Origin: a virus
Length of the DNA stretch: 64,000 nucleotides
IMG/VR virus record: IMGVR_UViG_3300006914_000013
Location: 1-64,000 of that record
Reading direction: 5' to 3' (one strand)
Each line of letters opens with the position of its first letter. Position 1 is the first letter of the stretch. Under the pieces are notes generated by a model that saw only the letters and a list, made by a program, of their open reading frames with translations, was not told where the DNA came from and did not search any database. Position numbers and translations under genes: made by a program. This document shows positions 37,187 to 47,834 of this stretch, in pieces.

Positions 37187-37680
37187 CTGAAAACCTTCTT
37201 CGCGGTGTACCGCGGGTTGTGCAAAAGTGCGGCGGTAAAGGCAGCCTTGAACGCCTCAAAGTCGGGGAAGGTGTCGCAGATCCCTTCGGCCTTGAGGCGC
37301 ATGTGGGGCGCGTGGCGGACGTGGGCGACGGCTTCCCCGTCCCACAGCTCGATCGCCCCGGTGCTTTGCTGCCAGAACAGAACGTGGGTACTGGCGCCGG
37401 CTCGCGCCCAAATTTTCAGGTGGGCGGCCTGGTGGTTGCCCAGCAGCTTCGACAGGCCGGCGGTCAGGCTGCTATGCACCTCGCTCGACTTCAGTTCGAA
37501 CAGGTGGCAGATCCCCCTGAAACAGGCGATCGTGTCGCCCGGCTGGTCCGGCAGGAAGGCGCCGGCCGAGTGCGTGTCATAGAACCGGGCGCTGGCCAGT
37601 GGGTGTTTCTGCATCAGTTCCTTGAGGAACAGCCGAAACGCTTCTTCGAACTCCTTGCCCTTCTCTTGAGGTGTCTTCAT
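37183..37680 (-). CDS. PD-(D/E)XK nuclease, probable Holliday junction resolvase
   Basis: GKEFE...PGD.....FELKS (RecU/Hjc-like). Confidence 0.75.
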   Translation of the reverse strand: MKTPQEKGKEFEEAFRLFLKELMQKHPLASARFYDTHSAGAFLPDQPGDTIACFRGICHLFELKSSEVHSSLTAGLSKLLGNHQAAHLKIWARAGASTHVLFWQQSTGAIELWDGEAVAHVRHAPHMRLKAEGICDTFPDFEAFKAAFTAALLHNPRYTAKKVFR

Positions 37681-38957
37681 TTGCTGATCGCCAGAATCCG
37701 ACGTGGGCGGGTGCAGGCCACGTTCAGGCACTGCAAGGATTCGATGTAGTTTCGGTTGAGCAGGATGTCGGCCGAGTCCACGAACACACTCTCGTAGGTC
37801 GACCCCTGTGCGCGGTGCGCGGTGATGGCGTGGCTGGGGCGCACGTCATGGATGACTTCCTTGGCCTTCCAGAAGGCTGGCCAGCCCCCGCTGCCGGTCT
37901 TGGCGCGTTCCGACAGTTCGTTGAGCAGGCGCTTGTAAGCCCGTTCGGATGTCTGGTGGATGACCCAGCAGGTCACCAGCATGTGGTCATCCATTTCCGG
38001 GCGGACTTCGACGCGGTAGCAGGTCAGTTCGCTGTACATCGGGTGCTGCTGCACGTCGATGGAGAACACCGTGCCTTCCTCGTCGGTGGTCATCAGCGTC
38101 TCTTTGCCGTCCACCGACATGATCGGCTGGCACACCACCACCCGTTCGCCCGGCTGGAACGGCGCCTCGGCGGCCAGCTTGGCGCCGTACATGGCATCCC
38201 GGATCAGGGCGTTGTACATGGCCACGGTGTCGTTACGCCACGCGATCACCTTGATCGAGCCCGGATCGGCCCGGTAGCTGTCGCTGTTGAACGCATCCAC
38301 CGCCTTTTTCCGCAGGCGCTTGTAGTCGAGCAGGTAGACCCCGCCGCGTTCATCGTTGGCGCTGAACAGGTTCAGGGCCTCGCCGTGCAGGATGCAGTCG
38401 CGCATGTGCGTGGCAAAGGTCAGGATCTGGTTGTCGTGGCGCTCGACCTTGTCCAGCTGCCAGCGGTTCTCGATGTCGAACACCTCTGAGCGTTCTTCTC
38501 CCACTGGCGGCAACTGGGTCACGTCGGCCATGAACAGGAACTTGACGCCTTCGTTCTTGGCAGTGCGCTTGATGTGGTACATCAGCCCCGAGTTCGACAT
38601 CGAGCCTTCATCGACCACCACCACCTGGTAGTTGCTGGCCTGGTTGAAGGCGTCGGCGGCTCGCACCTGGCGCACTTCCCCGCTGTTGTCCATGCGCAGG
38701 CCGAGCAGGGAGTAGATCGTGCGGCACGGGACCAGCCCCTGCAGCTCGGTCTCGCACATCTGCTTGAGCACCTTGGTCGCCTTGTTGGTCGGCGCGGTGA
38801 ACACCACGCTTTGGTCCGTCTCGCGGGCGAAGGTCTGCGCGCTGGTGGACTTGCCGGTACCGGCGCGGCCATCGAGCAGGAAGAACGAATCGTCGCTCTC
38901 GGCAAACTCCAGCATGCGGTCGACGCCGCCGCGCTGGTCACTGTTCAACTGGATCAT
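37677..38957 (-). CDS. Dda/RecD-like SF1B helicase
   Basis: GRAGTGKS, APTNKA, VDEGSM, QLPPV, AITAHRAQGSTY. Confidence 0.92.
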   Translation of the reverse strand: MIQLNSDQRGGVDRMLEFAESDDSFFLLDGRAGTGKSTSAQTFARETDQSVVFTAPTNKATKVLKQMCETELQGLVPCRTIYSLLGLRMDNSGEVRQVRAADAFNQASNYQVVVVDEGSMSNSGLMYHIKRTAKNEGVKFLFMADVTQLPPVGEERSEVFDIENRWQLDKVERHDNQILTFATHMRDCILHGEALNLFSANDERGGVYLLDYKRLRKKAVDAFNSDSYRADPGSIKVIAWRNDTVAMYNALIRDAMYGAKLAAEAPFQPGERVVVCQPIMSVDGKETLMTTDEEGTVFSIDVQQHPMYSELTCYRVEVRPEMDDHMLVTCWVIHQTSERAYKRLLNELSERAKTGSGGWPAFWKAKEVIHDVRPSHAITAHRAQGSTYESVFVDSADILLNRNYIESLQCLNVACTRPRRILAISK

Positions 38958-41900
38958 GCTAACCACCCCTCTTTGGCCCACTTGTCGAACAGCGCTTCAA
39001 CCTTGCGTTGCGACGGTCGATCCCCCAGTTCGTTTTTGCTCGCGTCGTACCAGTTCCGGCCGACCGACACCTCGGCCAGCATCGGGATCGGGTGCCCCGG
39101 CGGCGTGATGTTCATGATGTCTTGGGCGCGCTGGGCGAATTCGAAGACGTTGTCGATCGGCACGCTGTTGACCAGCTCGTCGTACACCGGCGCGATCAGG
39201 TGGGACTGGGTTTCTTCGTAGAGGCGGGTGTGGTGGGCTTTGGTCAGCACCACTTTCAGGGTGTCGGCGGCGGCGCCCTGGATCTTGTGGTTGACGGTTT
39301 GGCGCTCGGCCCGGGACCGCAGCGAGCCGTCGCGGCTGAGAATGTTGGGGTCGACATGCTTGCGCGTGCCGAAGGCGGTGGTGATGTACCCCAGCCGCTT
39401 GGCCTGGTCGGTGGTTTCCTTCTGCCACGGTGCCAGGCGCGGGTAACCGGCGAACACGCCGTCGATGATTTGCTGGGCGAAGCGCTCAGGCACCCCGAGT
39501 TTCAGGGCCATCGAGAACGCCTGACCGCCGTAGATAATCAGGAAGTTCACGGTCTTGGCCATCTTGCGGATCTTGACGATGGTTTTGCCCAGCGGCAGCG
39601 CCAAGTCGCCGACCAGCTCATAGACGTGGTCGCCTTCCTGCAGCAGGCTGACGAACTGTTCATAGTTCATGCTGCCGGTTTCATCGAACGCCAGGCGCTT
39701 GAGGATTTCCGGCCCCATGGCCTGTTCCAGCACCTTGCCAGCGAAGGTACAGGCGGTGACCGAGTGGATGTCCTTGAAGATCGAGCGGGTCATGCCGTGG
39801 TCGTCGACGTAACTGCCGCCGCCGGTGTAGGCCTCGATCAACACCGGGTCGCGGGCTTCACTGCCAGCCAGGCGCAATTCCTGCCCGCTGAAGTCCAGGG
39901 CGACGATCACATGCCCCTTGAACCGCGGCAGAAAGATCGAGCGCAGCGGCCCTTTGCTCACGGCGAGGATGTTCAGGCTGGAACCCGCCGGGCGGCGGGT
40001 CTTGGTGCCACAGTTGCGGGTACCCGGGTGGACCACGCCAGTGCTCGGGTGCCGCCAGTGCGGGTACTTGGCGTAGTACAGGGACTGGCGGGTCATGCAC
40101 TTCTTGGTGTCGATCAGCAGCGTCAACAGCTCGCGGCGCCAGTCCCCTTCCGGGCAGTCCTCGGCGATCGCCGCGTTCATCGCGTCTTCGTTGGTCGACG
40201 GGTTGCCTTCCAGACCCAGCTGATCGCGCTGGCTGTCCTTCTGCGGGAAGGTGCGCAGGCGCACCGGCAGCTGCAACTTGCAATACAGCAGTTCCTGCAT
40301 CTGCTTGGGGCTGCCGAGGTTGAGTTCGTCACCCTCGATCACGCGCACGCCGTCCTGGTGCAGCACCTCGGTTTCAATGAAGGCTTTCAGGGCCAGGAAC
40401 GCCGCGCCTTGGCGCTTGCGAATCTCCCCCGCCGCTTCCTGCACCAGGTCGACCAGCGTGCGGGCACGCGGATCGGTGCTGCCGTGCTGTTTCAGGTGGT
40501 GCCGACTGGACATCAGCCAGGCGGTGACGCCCTTGCCGCTGACACTCTCCATCGTGATCGGCAGCCCGACCTTCTCGGCCACGCGGGTAAACCCCTTCTC
40601 CGTGGCGATGAACTCGGCCGGGGTAAAGGTCTCGGTGTACGGGTGATAGACCGAAGCCAGCCGCCAGCGCTCATAGGATTCCGCCACCTTGGCCTGCGCC
40701 TGTGAGCGGTTCAGCCCGGCAAACAGGTGCAGCTTGAGCAGGTTGTCGCCCTCGGCCTTCTTCAAACCTTCGGCGCCGACATTGCTGATCTGGCTGCAAT
40801 GGGTGGCCAACAGGCCATGGATGGCCGTGGTGTTCCCTGCCACCCGCGCCGCGTCGGCCTCGGCCAGTTCGCTCAAGGTCTCAAAGCCCAGCTGCACGCC
40901 GACCTCAAAGCTGCGGTTGAAGCGGTGCAGGGTGTAGCGATCCTCTTCGTAGGCGAACACCCATTGCTTTTCCAGCTTGAGGATCAGCCAGAACAGGGTG
41001 GCCAAGCGCGCCGCGACGAAGCTGTCATCACAGGCGTAGTGGGTGACCTGCTCGCCGGTGAGGTCGCGCATGTCGCGGGCGCCGTACTGCGCCAGCAGAT
41101 CCTTGTACTCGACCTGGTCGTACTTCAACCAGTGCCGGGCGTGCGCCTTCAAGCCCTGCTCCAGGTTCTCATCGACATAGCTGCCGAGCATCTGCGTGCA
41201 GACTGGGCCGTCGAGCTGGAAATTCAGGCACTGCTTGGTGACCTGTTCTTCGAACCGGGCGTTGTGCGCGACGAAGTCCAGGCGGGCGTCCTCGATGTCG
41301 ACCAGCAGGTTGACCAGTTCGCCCTGGTCCAGGTTGTCGGTGTTCTTGTGCAGCACCGGCAAGTAGAAGGTGTGTTGCAGGTTGCTGCCGTAGGTGAACG
41401 ACCCGCCGGTCAGGCGCTGCGACAGCACGTCGACGTAGCCACGGGCGGTGTCCGGCAGGGCTGCCGACCAGTCATGCCCGAGGCTGTCGTAGGTTTCATA
41501 GTCGAAGCTGGCCAGCGGGGTGTCGCGCAGGCCTTCGACGTAGGCGGCGTGTACCTGCGGCCAGTTCTCCGGCGTCACCAGGGTCATGGTCGGCATGTGC
41601 GGGGCGAAGTGTTCGAACAGGCTCGGGTCGCCAGCCAGGGTCAGCAGGTCCTGCACCTTGGTCGCGTCCGGTAGGCGCACGTACCACTCCGGCCGGATGA
41701 TCGTGCGACCCTGCGCCCCATACAGCAGCTCCGGGTGCAGCCCGGCGAGGGTGTACATCAGGCGCCAGGTGCCGCGGCTCTCGTAGATTTTGCGCAGCAC
41801 CTTGCAGCTGGTGGCTTCACACGCTTCCAGCAGAAAGGTGTAGTCGTTGCTGGCCACGCAGGCTTCCAGCTGCTCGATGCCGTCCCAGCCGTAGGTGTCG

Positions 41901-42520
41901 ACCAGGAACTTGAACGCCACCGGCCCGACCTGCGGCACGCCGCCGTATTCGTCGGTCTTGTCCCCCACCAGGGACTTGTAGATCCGCACGTAGCGGGTTG
42001 GGTAGCCTTCGAAATCGTCCGCCGGGAGGTTCTTCACCAGCACGGTGGTGTTGTCGTCGTTGAGCTGGGACAGGTCGCGGTCGACCGTATGCACCAGCTT
42101 GAGCACTTCCGGGAACTGGCGGCAGAAGGCGCCAATCACGTCGTCCGCTTCCACGCCTTCGACGCGCACGTTGAAGGCGCCAGCGTAGGCCAGCAGTGCC
42201 TTGGCCATGTCGAACATCTTTTTCAGCTGGGCTTCGACCGCCGGGTCTTTCTCTTCGGCGTGACGCTTGGCCTTGTATTCCGCGAACAGGCTTTCGCGGA
42301 AGGTGTTGCCCCCATCCCACACCGCAATGATGTTGAGGGGGGAGAAATCAGACAGCAGGGGAATGATGTAGGTGTCCAGGAACCCGCGCAAACCGTAGCC
42401 GGCAGAGTTCACCGGCTTGTCAGTCAGGGGGCTGAGTTTTGCGTCGGGGTCAGTGCCCCGGTGGTAGGCGTGCAGCAGCAAGCCGCGCACATCGAGCAGA
42501 GCAAGTCCATTCAGTTTCAT
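38954..42520 (-). CDS. polA: Family A DNA polymerase with 5'-3' and 3'-5' exonuclease domains
   Basis: EADDVI/GDKTD..GGVP.VG (5' nuclease); FDYET, HNARFE, YACDD (exo); DFSGQELR, KTVNFLIIYG, QGAAAD, VYDE (pol). Confidence 0.95.
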   Translation of the reverse strand: MKLNGLALLDVRGLLLHAYHRGTDPDAKLSPLTDKPVNSAGYGLRGFLDTYIIPLLSDFSPLNIIAVWDGGNTFRESLFAEYKAKRHAEEKDPAVEAQLKKMFDMAKALLAYAGAFNVRVEGVEADDVIGAFCRQFPEVLKLVHTVDRDLSQLNDDNTTVLVKNLPADDFEGYPTRYVRIYKSLVGDKTDEYGGVPQVGPVAFKFLVDTYGWDGIEQLEACVASNDYTFLLEACEATSCKVLRKIYESRGTWRLMYTLAGLHPELLYGAQGRTIIRPEWYVRLPDATKVQDLLTLAGDPSLFEHFAPHMPTMTLVTPENWPQVHAAYVEGLRDTPLASFDYETYDSLGHDWSAALPDTARGYVDVLSQRLTGGSFTYGSNLQHTFYLPVLHKNTDNLDQGELVNLLVDIEDARLDFVAHNARFEEQVTKQCLNFQLDGPVCTQMLGSYVDENLEQGLKAHARHWLKYDQVEYKDLLAQYGARDMRDLTGEQVTHYACDDSFVAARLATLFWLILKLEKQWVFAYEEDRYTLHRFNRSFEVGVQLGFETLSELAEADAARVAGNTTAIHGLLATHCSQISNVGAEGLKKAEGDNLLKLHLFAGLNRSQAQAKVAESYERWRLASVYHPYTETFTPAEFIATEKGFTRVAEKVGLPITMESVSGKGVTAWLMSSRHHLKQHGSTDPRARTLVDLVQEAAGEIRKRQGAAFLALKAFIETEVLHQDGVRVIEGDELNLGSPKQMQELLYCKLQLPVRLRTFPQKDSQRDQLGLEGNPSTNEDAMNAAIAEDCPEGDWRRELLTLLIDTKKCMTRQSLYYAKYPHWRHPSTGVVHPGTRNCGTKTRRPAGSSLNILAVSKGPLRSIFLPRFKGHVIVALDFSGQELRLAGSEARDPVLIEAYTGGGSYVDDHGMTRSIFKDIHSVTACTFAGKVLEQAMGPEILKRLAFDETGSMNYEQFVSLLQEGDHVYELVGDLALPLGKTIVKIRKMAKTVNFLIIYGGQAFSMALKLGVPERFAQQIIDGVFAGYPRLAPWQKETTDQAKRLGYITTAFGTRKHVDPNILSRDGSLRSRAERQTVNHKIQGAAADTLKVVLTKAHHTRLYEETQSHLIAPVYDELVNSVPIDNVFEFAQRAQDIMNITPPGHPIPMLAEVSVGRNWYDASKNELGDRPSQRKVEALFDKWAKEGWLA

Positions 42521-42553
42521 GTTGCACCCCGTTCCTCGGACGACAAGAGAGAG

Positions 42554-42579
42554 TGCCAGCGGGCAAACGCCCGCTGGCA
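42554..42579 (-). terminator. Hairpin between ssb-like gene and polA (weak terminator)
   Basis: Perfect 11-bp stem TGCCAGCGGGC/GCCCGCTGGCA with pyrimidine-rich tail on the minus strand. Confidence 0.6.
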
Positions 42580-42600
42580 AACCACAGCTAGCCGTGAGGC

Positions 42601-43398
42601 TTAGGAGTTCAATTCAACAAACTTGAAATCCCACGGGTAGAACGGGAACTTGGCGGCCGTGACCTTTTCGCCACGGATGAACAGGGTTTTGTAGCCGTTC
42701 GGGAGGCAGCCGGTGCGGCTCTGCATCTTGAACTTGTAGCCCGCCCAACGACCGATCGACATCGGCGATACCTGCACCACGACGGCGTCCCCTTCCAGCT
42801 CCTTGCATTCCCCGGCGTGGATCTTGTCGACCATGACAAAGAGTTCGGCGTATTCCTTCAGCTCGGGCTTCAGGTTTTCCGCACGCCACTCGGCCACCTT
42901 GGCCCCGGCTTCGGTTTCCACGTCGTTGAATTCCGCCTTGCTGTAGGCGAAGGTCACATCGGCGTCGTCGTCGTTGCCCACACGCATCGCCCATTTGGCG
43001 CGAGCCTGCAGGATGGTGCCGGTAAACCCTTCGGTCGCGGAAAACGACTTGGTGGTGCCGACCAGTTGGAATTCGCCATCCTTGAGCACGATGTTGGTGA
43101 AAGACGTGAAGTCAATGTGACCGCCGCCGAAGCCGGCGTCTTCCATTTCCTGCATGGCTTTCATCTGGCCGCCATTGCTGCGAGCCACAGGCGCATCGGC
43201 GCGAGGGGCGACAGCGTTGGAGGTAGAGGTGGGTTGAGCCGCAGGCTGCGCAGCCGGTTCAGGGTCCAGGACAGCCGGCTCATCCAACACGGAGGCCTCT
43301 TCCTGCAGGGTTTCGGAGTTTTGTGCGGCGCTCGCTTCTGCGGTTTCCACCGCGTCCTTGCTTACGGCGCTACCATCTTTGATCAGTGGCATTGTCAT
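42601..43398 (-). CDS. Putative single-stranded DNA-binding protein
   Basis: Strong codon bias, disordered acidic N-terminus, beta-rich C-terminus with aromatic FYPWDF; next to polA; inference. Confidence 0.5.
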   Translation of the reverse strand: MTMPLIKDGSAVSKDAVETAEASAAQNSETLQEEASVLDEPAVLDPEPAAQPAAQPTSTSNAVAPRADAPVARSNGGQMKAMQEMEDAGFGGGHIDFTSFTNIVLKDGEFQLVGTTKSFSATEGFTGTILQARAKWAMRVGNDDDADVTFAYSKAEFNDVETEAGAKVAEWRAENLKPELKEYAELFVMVDKIHAGECKELEGDAVVVQVSPMSIGRWAGYKFKMQSRTGCLPNGYKTLFIRGEKVTAAKFPFYPWDFKFVELNS

Positions 43399-43487
43399 TC
43401 CCCTAGTCTTTGAACTTCAAAATGTCATTCAAATTGCGGCTGTACCGCCGCTTGTTATTCCAGTCCCCTGGAATTCGTGCCGTCGTC

Positions 43488-45020
43488 TTATGCGACGTTG
43501 TAAAAGTGCCGCAGGGTGCGAGGGTCGAGGGTCACTTGCCCGATGTCCCCGTCACGCTTGAGCATGTTGCGGATCGCGTTGGGCGCTAGGGTTTCCAGCG
43601 CCTTCAACACGTAAATGTTGCATTGCCAGAGCTGGCCCGGCCGGACCACACGGTCCATGGCCTGCTTGAATTCCCCCGGCGAGCCAGTCGGTTCGGCAAA
43701 GATCACCGTGTGACTGACCCCTTGAAAGTTGAAGCCCGCCCCGGCGGATCGTGGGTTGGCCACCAGCAGGCGGCAGGTCGGGTCGTGCAGAAACTTCTCG
43801 GTCATCGCCTTGCGCTGAGTCGGGGACAGGTCACCGTTCATGGTCGCCGGGTTCAGGTCGGCGAAGAACTCGGCGTACCGCGCCACGGTCTCGCGGAAGT
43901 TGACGAACAGGATCACCTTGGAATCCGCAGTGTGCGCCGTGGCCAGATCGCGGCAGGTGGCGAGCACCTGGTTGTCGACCTTGCTGCCCTCGGGCAGGAA
44001 CAGTTCCGGGCAGGTGACGATCTGCAACGTCTTCTGGCGCAGTTCCTGTTCCTGCAGGGCGGAAAGAATGGTGCCGTCGCCGAAGTCGATGAAGCGCTCG
44101 ATGGTGAGTCTGCGGTACACCTCGCGGTGTGCCGGGCTCAGCCTGACCGCTACTTCGGTGATGATTGGCTCTTTCAGGTCGCGCAGTTCCGGGATCTGGC
44201 TTTTCAGCACACGTCGGCAGCGGGCATACAGGTTGGCCGACAGCTCGGCGTGCCGCTGGTAGCCCACCAGTTCCTTGACCCGGCTGATGCGCTTGCCGCT
44301 GGTGGTGACTTTCGGCACCTTCAAGCGGATCAACTTGTAGCGGCAGTGCCGGCGGCAGAAGTGGTCGTAACTCAGGTACGCCCCAGGGCTCATGAAACTC
44401 AGCAGGGTGTAGCAGTCGGTCAGGTAGGTGTGCATCGCCGTGCCGGTCATGGGGAAGAACGCGGTGTCCGGCTGGGCCGGGTCGCCGACGTACTCACCAA
44501 TGCGCTTGGCCAGCGTGCTTTCCGGCGCCTTCCACTTCTGGCTTTCGTCCGTGATCAGCACGTCGTAGCCCTTTTCCTTGAGCAGCTTGCACAGCTTCTG
44601 GTGGGCGAACAGCTCGTAACTCATGACCACCATTTCTGGCCAGCCTTCGTTGTCCCACTTCTCGATCAGCTTGGCGCGTTTGGCCGGTGGCTCATCGAGC
44701 ACATGGACCCGCACGTACTTGTCGACGCCCTGGAACTCTTCGATCACCGACTCGGCGAACTGGTAGATCAGGGTGGCCAGCGTCAGCACCACAACCTTGT
44801 TGCCCAGCCCGATGTAGTGCAGGGCCGCACCCACCACGGGAATCGACTTGCCTGCACCGGTTTCGTCGAGCAGGCCGAACCACTGGTAATGCACGCACAG
44901 GCTCAGGCCTTCGACCTGCGACTGGAACGGGGTGTGCTTGAGCTGCACGAACGGGGCGAACGATGGGTACCGCTCGATGCCAGCGCGCTGGAAGTATTCA
45001 GCTAGTGTAGGAGCCGTCAT
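43488..45020 (-). CDS. SNF2-like SF2 helicase
   Basis: DETGAGKS, ITDESQ, MTGT, SAGAGFNFQ, QAMDRVVRPGQ; ATG 45020 with GGAGG SD. Confidence 0.92.
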   Translation of the reverse strand: MTAPTLAEYFQRAGIERYPSFAPFVQLKHTPFQSQVEGLSLCVHYQWFGLLDETGAGKSIPVVGAALHYIGLGNKVVVLTLATLIYQFAESVIEEFQGVDKYVRVHVLDEPPAKRAKLIEKWDNEGWPEMVVMSYELFAHQKLCKLLKEKGYDVLITDESQKWKAPESTLAKRIGEYVGDPAQPDTAFFPMTGTAMHTYLTDCYTLLSFMSPGAYLSYDHFCRRHCRYKLIRLKVPKVTTSGKRISRVKELVGYQRHAELSANLYARCRRVLKSQIPELRDLKEPIITEVAVRLSPAHREVYRRLTIERFIDFGDGTILSALQEQELRQKTLQIVTCPELFLPEGSKVDNQVLATCRDLATAHTADSKVILFVNFRETVARYAEFFADLNPATMNGDLSPTQRKAMTEKFLHDPTCRLLVANPRSAGAGFNFQGVSHTVIFAEPTGSPGEFKQAMDRVVRPGQLWQCNIYVLKALETLAPNAIRNMLKRDGDIGQVTLDPRTLRHFYNVA

Positions 45021-47820
45021 AGCCACCTCCCCCGCCGAGCAGGCTGATGTCGATGTTCTTGCCCTGCATTTCTTTGAGGGACAGGTAGAGCATCGCACGG
45101 CCCCCGCCTAACCCGGCGTGTGGCGCGTATTTGATGAAGTAGGGTTCTTCGTTGATCAATTTGGTGAACTGCGCCCCGCTGCTGATCACTGGCGCGGTGC
45201 GTTCCTCGACGGTGCAGTAGCGGGTGTAGGCGGCGTGACCCAGCACCGGGTCGAGGATCAGGTACTCCGGTGTCACTGCGTAGTGTAGGCCTTCCACCAG
45301 ATGCACGTAGCCCTGCCCCGCTTCCTGTGTGCTGCGCGAAATGGCCACGATGATCGCGAGCTTTTGCAGCACCAGGTCGATTTCGCTCTGCACATAACCC
45401 TGGTCCGGGGCATCGAAGCGGCCGATCACCGCGTCAATGATTGGCCCCAAAGTTTTCAGTGACTGGAACAGGTGCAGTTCCTCGCACACCGCCTGCAACA
45501 GCCACAGCCCGACCAGCACCACCTGCTGCGAGTAGCGCGGGCGGTCGTCCATTTCCCGGGGCAACAGGGCCGACGCCTTGTTCATCAGGGCTTCGATTTC
45601 CTCGGGCGTGGTGGTCAGGGACTTGGCCATGAGTGCCTTGCCGAGTCGGCGCAGGTGTTGACGCCCCTCGCTGGCCTTAAAGAACGGCTCGCGGCAGTTG
45701 CCACGCTTCTGCTTGGTCAGGTGTACGCGAATGCTGCGTTCCTGAATCGCGGGGATTTCAATCTCTTGCTCGGAAATCACCAGCAGCGGCGAGGACAGGG
45801 GGATGGCCACCGCTTCGGCGCCGGTGCGGCCCATGCCCCGGCCGAGCCGACCTTTCAAGGTGGACTCGGCGTTCCACGCCTGCTTGATCCGTTCGCCCAC
45901 GTCCTTGTAGGCATGGCTGGTCATCTTGGATTTGTTGAATTCTTCGATGATCCGGGGAACCGTGGTGGTGCTCGACAGGTAGTCGAGCATCCCGTAGGGC
46001 GAGGTCGACGGGGCGCTGACCCCGGAGTCCTTGAGCATGTAGTCGGTGCCGTTGAGCCAGGTGACCAGGCCTGCGGTCTTCGACTTGCCGGAACCGGCGC
46101 TGCCCCACAGGCACAGGATCGGAAACTGGCTGTAGAGGTACATCAGGTGCGTCTTGAAATGCGCCGCGATGCTCCAGCCGATCATCATGCCGACTTCGTG
46201 CCTCTGGTTGATCCTGAGCAGGTTGTCCAACGTCTTGTCCACGTCCTGGTCCGCCCGTTCGGGCATGGTGGTGTGCGCGAGGTAAGGACGGGCCACCAGG
46301 TTGCCGAGAAACTGGTGGGTGCCGCGCACCTTGACCGTGTTCACCGACATATCGGGTTCGACATAGGTGAACAGCGGGATGTCATCGACGAAGTCCATGT
46401 GAACCCCGGCGGTGTAGACCTGGAAAATTTCTCCCACGTCCTGAGCCTCCCGGAAAATTGCGAGTTTGATTTTCTGAATCTCCAGATCGGACCCCTGAAA
46501 CGTCAGGTCAGTGAGGCCTTCCAGCTCTTTCAGAAACGCCGAGCGGCTGGCGAAGGCCGCTTCTTTGAAAAGGATCTTGGCCAGCTCGTTGCCGTCCTTC
46601 ATCACCGACATGCGGGTGCCGACCCGGCGCGGGGCGGTGCCGTCCTGCGGCACGTCAATGAACACGTCAATCGGCAGCATGGTGAAGTTGCTGATGCGGC
46701 GCTTGCCGTCGCCGAGGCGGATGTAATAACCGTCCGGTTCAACCACGGCGCACAGCCCGGCGTCCTGATCGCCGCCCTTGTTCGCCCCGGCCTCGATCGC
46801 GCAGCCTTCACACGGGCGCTTGCTGAGCAGGGCGCGGATCGCGTTGCAGCCAAAGCTGAACGTCGGGGTGTGCTCGACGTAGCGGATCTGCGCCTCGATG
46901 TGGTCGCGGCGCAACTTGGCGGTGTTGTACTTGCTCGACTTCGCGCTGCTGGCCAGCCGCGCCGCGAGGCTTTCGCTCACCGTCTGCGACACCCCGGCGC
47001 GCACGATGTACGCCGCCAGTTGGGTCGCGGCCTGGTTGTAGGACGCATCGGCTTTCAGGGAATCGCTGTCACACAGCATCTGGATGCAGGTCGGTACCGG
47101 CTCGCGGATCGCTTCCATGTCGGCGGATGACGCTATGATCACCAGCTTCGGCTTGGCGTTGACGCGCTTCTTGGCCTCTTCAAACATGGCCTTGAGTTCA
47201 TGCACCACCAGCCCCTGCGGGTCGTCGACTTCCACCACGCGGGGCGCCTTCACCAGTTCGCGGTAGCCGTCCACCGTCAGCTGTTCTAGTTCCTCGGCGC
47301 TGACCGGCACCCGGTACTTACCGTCATGGCGTTGCAGGTTGACGATGCGGAAGCTGTTGCCCCGGCCGCTGCTGTACACGGAATAGTCGAGGCCGATCAC
47401 GAACAGGTCGCGGGCCATTTCCTTGTAGATTTCCGGCAAGCGCAGGGTGAAGCGGCGGGCACCAAACAGGCTTTCGTTGACCAGGACGTGCAGGCCCTTG
47501 CTACCCGAGAGAAAGATTTCGATGCAGCCTTTCGGCACGCCCATGCGGGTCAGCTTGCCGATCAGTTCCTGCCCGCTGGCGATGGCCTGGGCCAGGTCAT
47601 CCTTGCAGTCGATGTCGAAGTACAGCGGGCCACGGTAGCCGATCTTGTCGCGGTTGCGCGGCAGCTCGGCCTCGGTGCCATCGTTGACCATCTGGTTCAG
47701 GGCGAGGATGGTCAGTTTCTTCGCACCCTGCGCCTTGGCCAGCTCCACCGGGTTCTCTTCACCCTGGCTGGAGAGCAGAAACCAGGCGTCGTGTTCCGAA
47801 CGCTGATAGTAATGGTACAT
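44998..47820 (-). CDS. AEP-type primase fused to P-loop helicase (DUF927-like)
   Basis: LYFDIDC, SGSKGLHV, LD.SVYS..R..FR AEP motifs; Cys cluster; GSAGSGKS Walker A. Confidence 0.85.
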   Translation of the reverse strand: MYHYYQRSEHDAWFLLSSQGEENPVELAKAQGAKKLTILALNQMVNDGTEAELPRNRDKIGYRGPLYFDIDCKDDLAQAIASGQELIGKLTRMGVPKGCIEIFLSGSKGLHVLVNESLFGARRFTLRLPEIYKEMARDLFVIGLDYSVYSSGRGNSFRIVNLQRHDGKYRVPVSAEELEQLTVDGYRELVKAPRVVEVDDPQGLVVHELKAMFEEAKKRVNAKPKLVIIASSADMEAIREPVPTCIQMLCDSDSLKADASYNQAATQLAAYIVRAGVSQTVSESLAARLASSAKSSKYNTAKLRRDHIEAQIRYVEHTPTFSFGCNAIRALLSKRPCEGCAIEAGANKGGDQDAGLCAVVEPDGYYIRLGDGKRRISNFTMLPIDVFIDVPQDGTAPRRVGTRMSVMKDGNELAKILFKEAAFASRSAFLKELEGLTDLTFQGSDLEIQKIKLAIFREAQDVGEIFQVYTAGVHMDFVDDIPLFTYVEPDMSVNTVKVRGTHQFLGNLVARPYLAHTTMPERADQDVDKTLDNLLRINQRHEVGMMIGWSIAAHFKTHLMYLYSQFPILCLWGSAGSGKSKTAGLVTWLNGTDYMLKDSGVSAPSTSPYGMLDYLSSTTTVPRIIEEFNKSKMTSHAYKDVGERIKQAWNAESTLKGRLGRGMGRTGAEAVAIPLSSPLLVISEQEIEIPAIQERSIRVHLTKQKRGNCREPFFKASEGRQHLRRLGKALMAKSLTTTPEEIEALMNKASALLPREMDDRPRYSQQVVLVGLWLLQAVCEELHLFQSLKTLGPIIDAVIGRFDAPDQGYVQSEIDLVLQKLAIIVAISRSTQEAGQGYVHLVEGLHYAVTPEYLILDPVLGHAAYTRYCTVEERTAPVISSGAQFTKLINEEPYFIKYAPHAGLGGGRAMLYLSLKEMQGKNIDISLLGGGGGYDGSYTS

Positions 47821-47834
47821 GGCCCCGCCCCCGC

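Noticed and set aside
38954-42520. Intein or intron in polA
   Set aside because: No C/S...HN splice motifs or homing endonuclease; frame is continuous.
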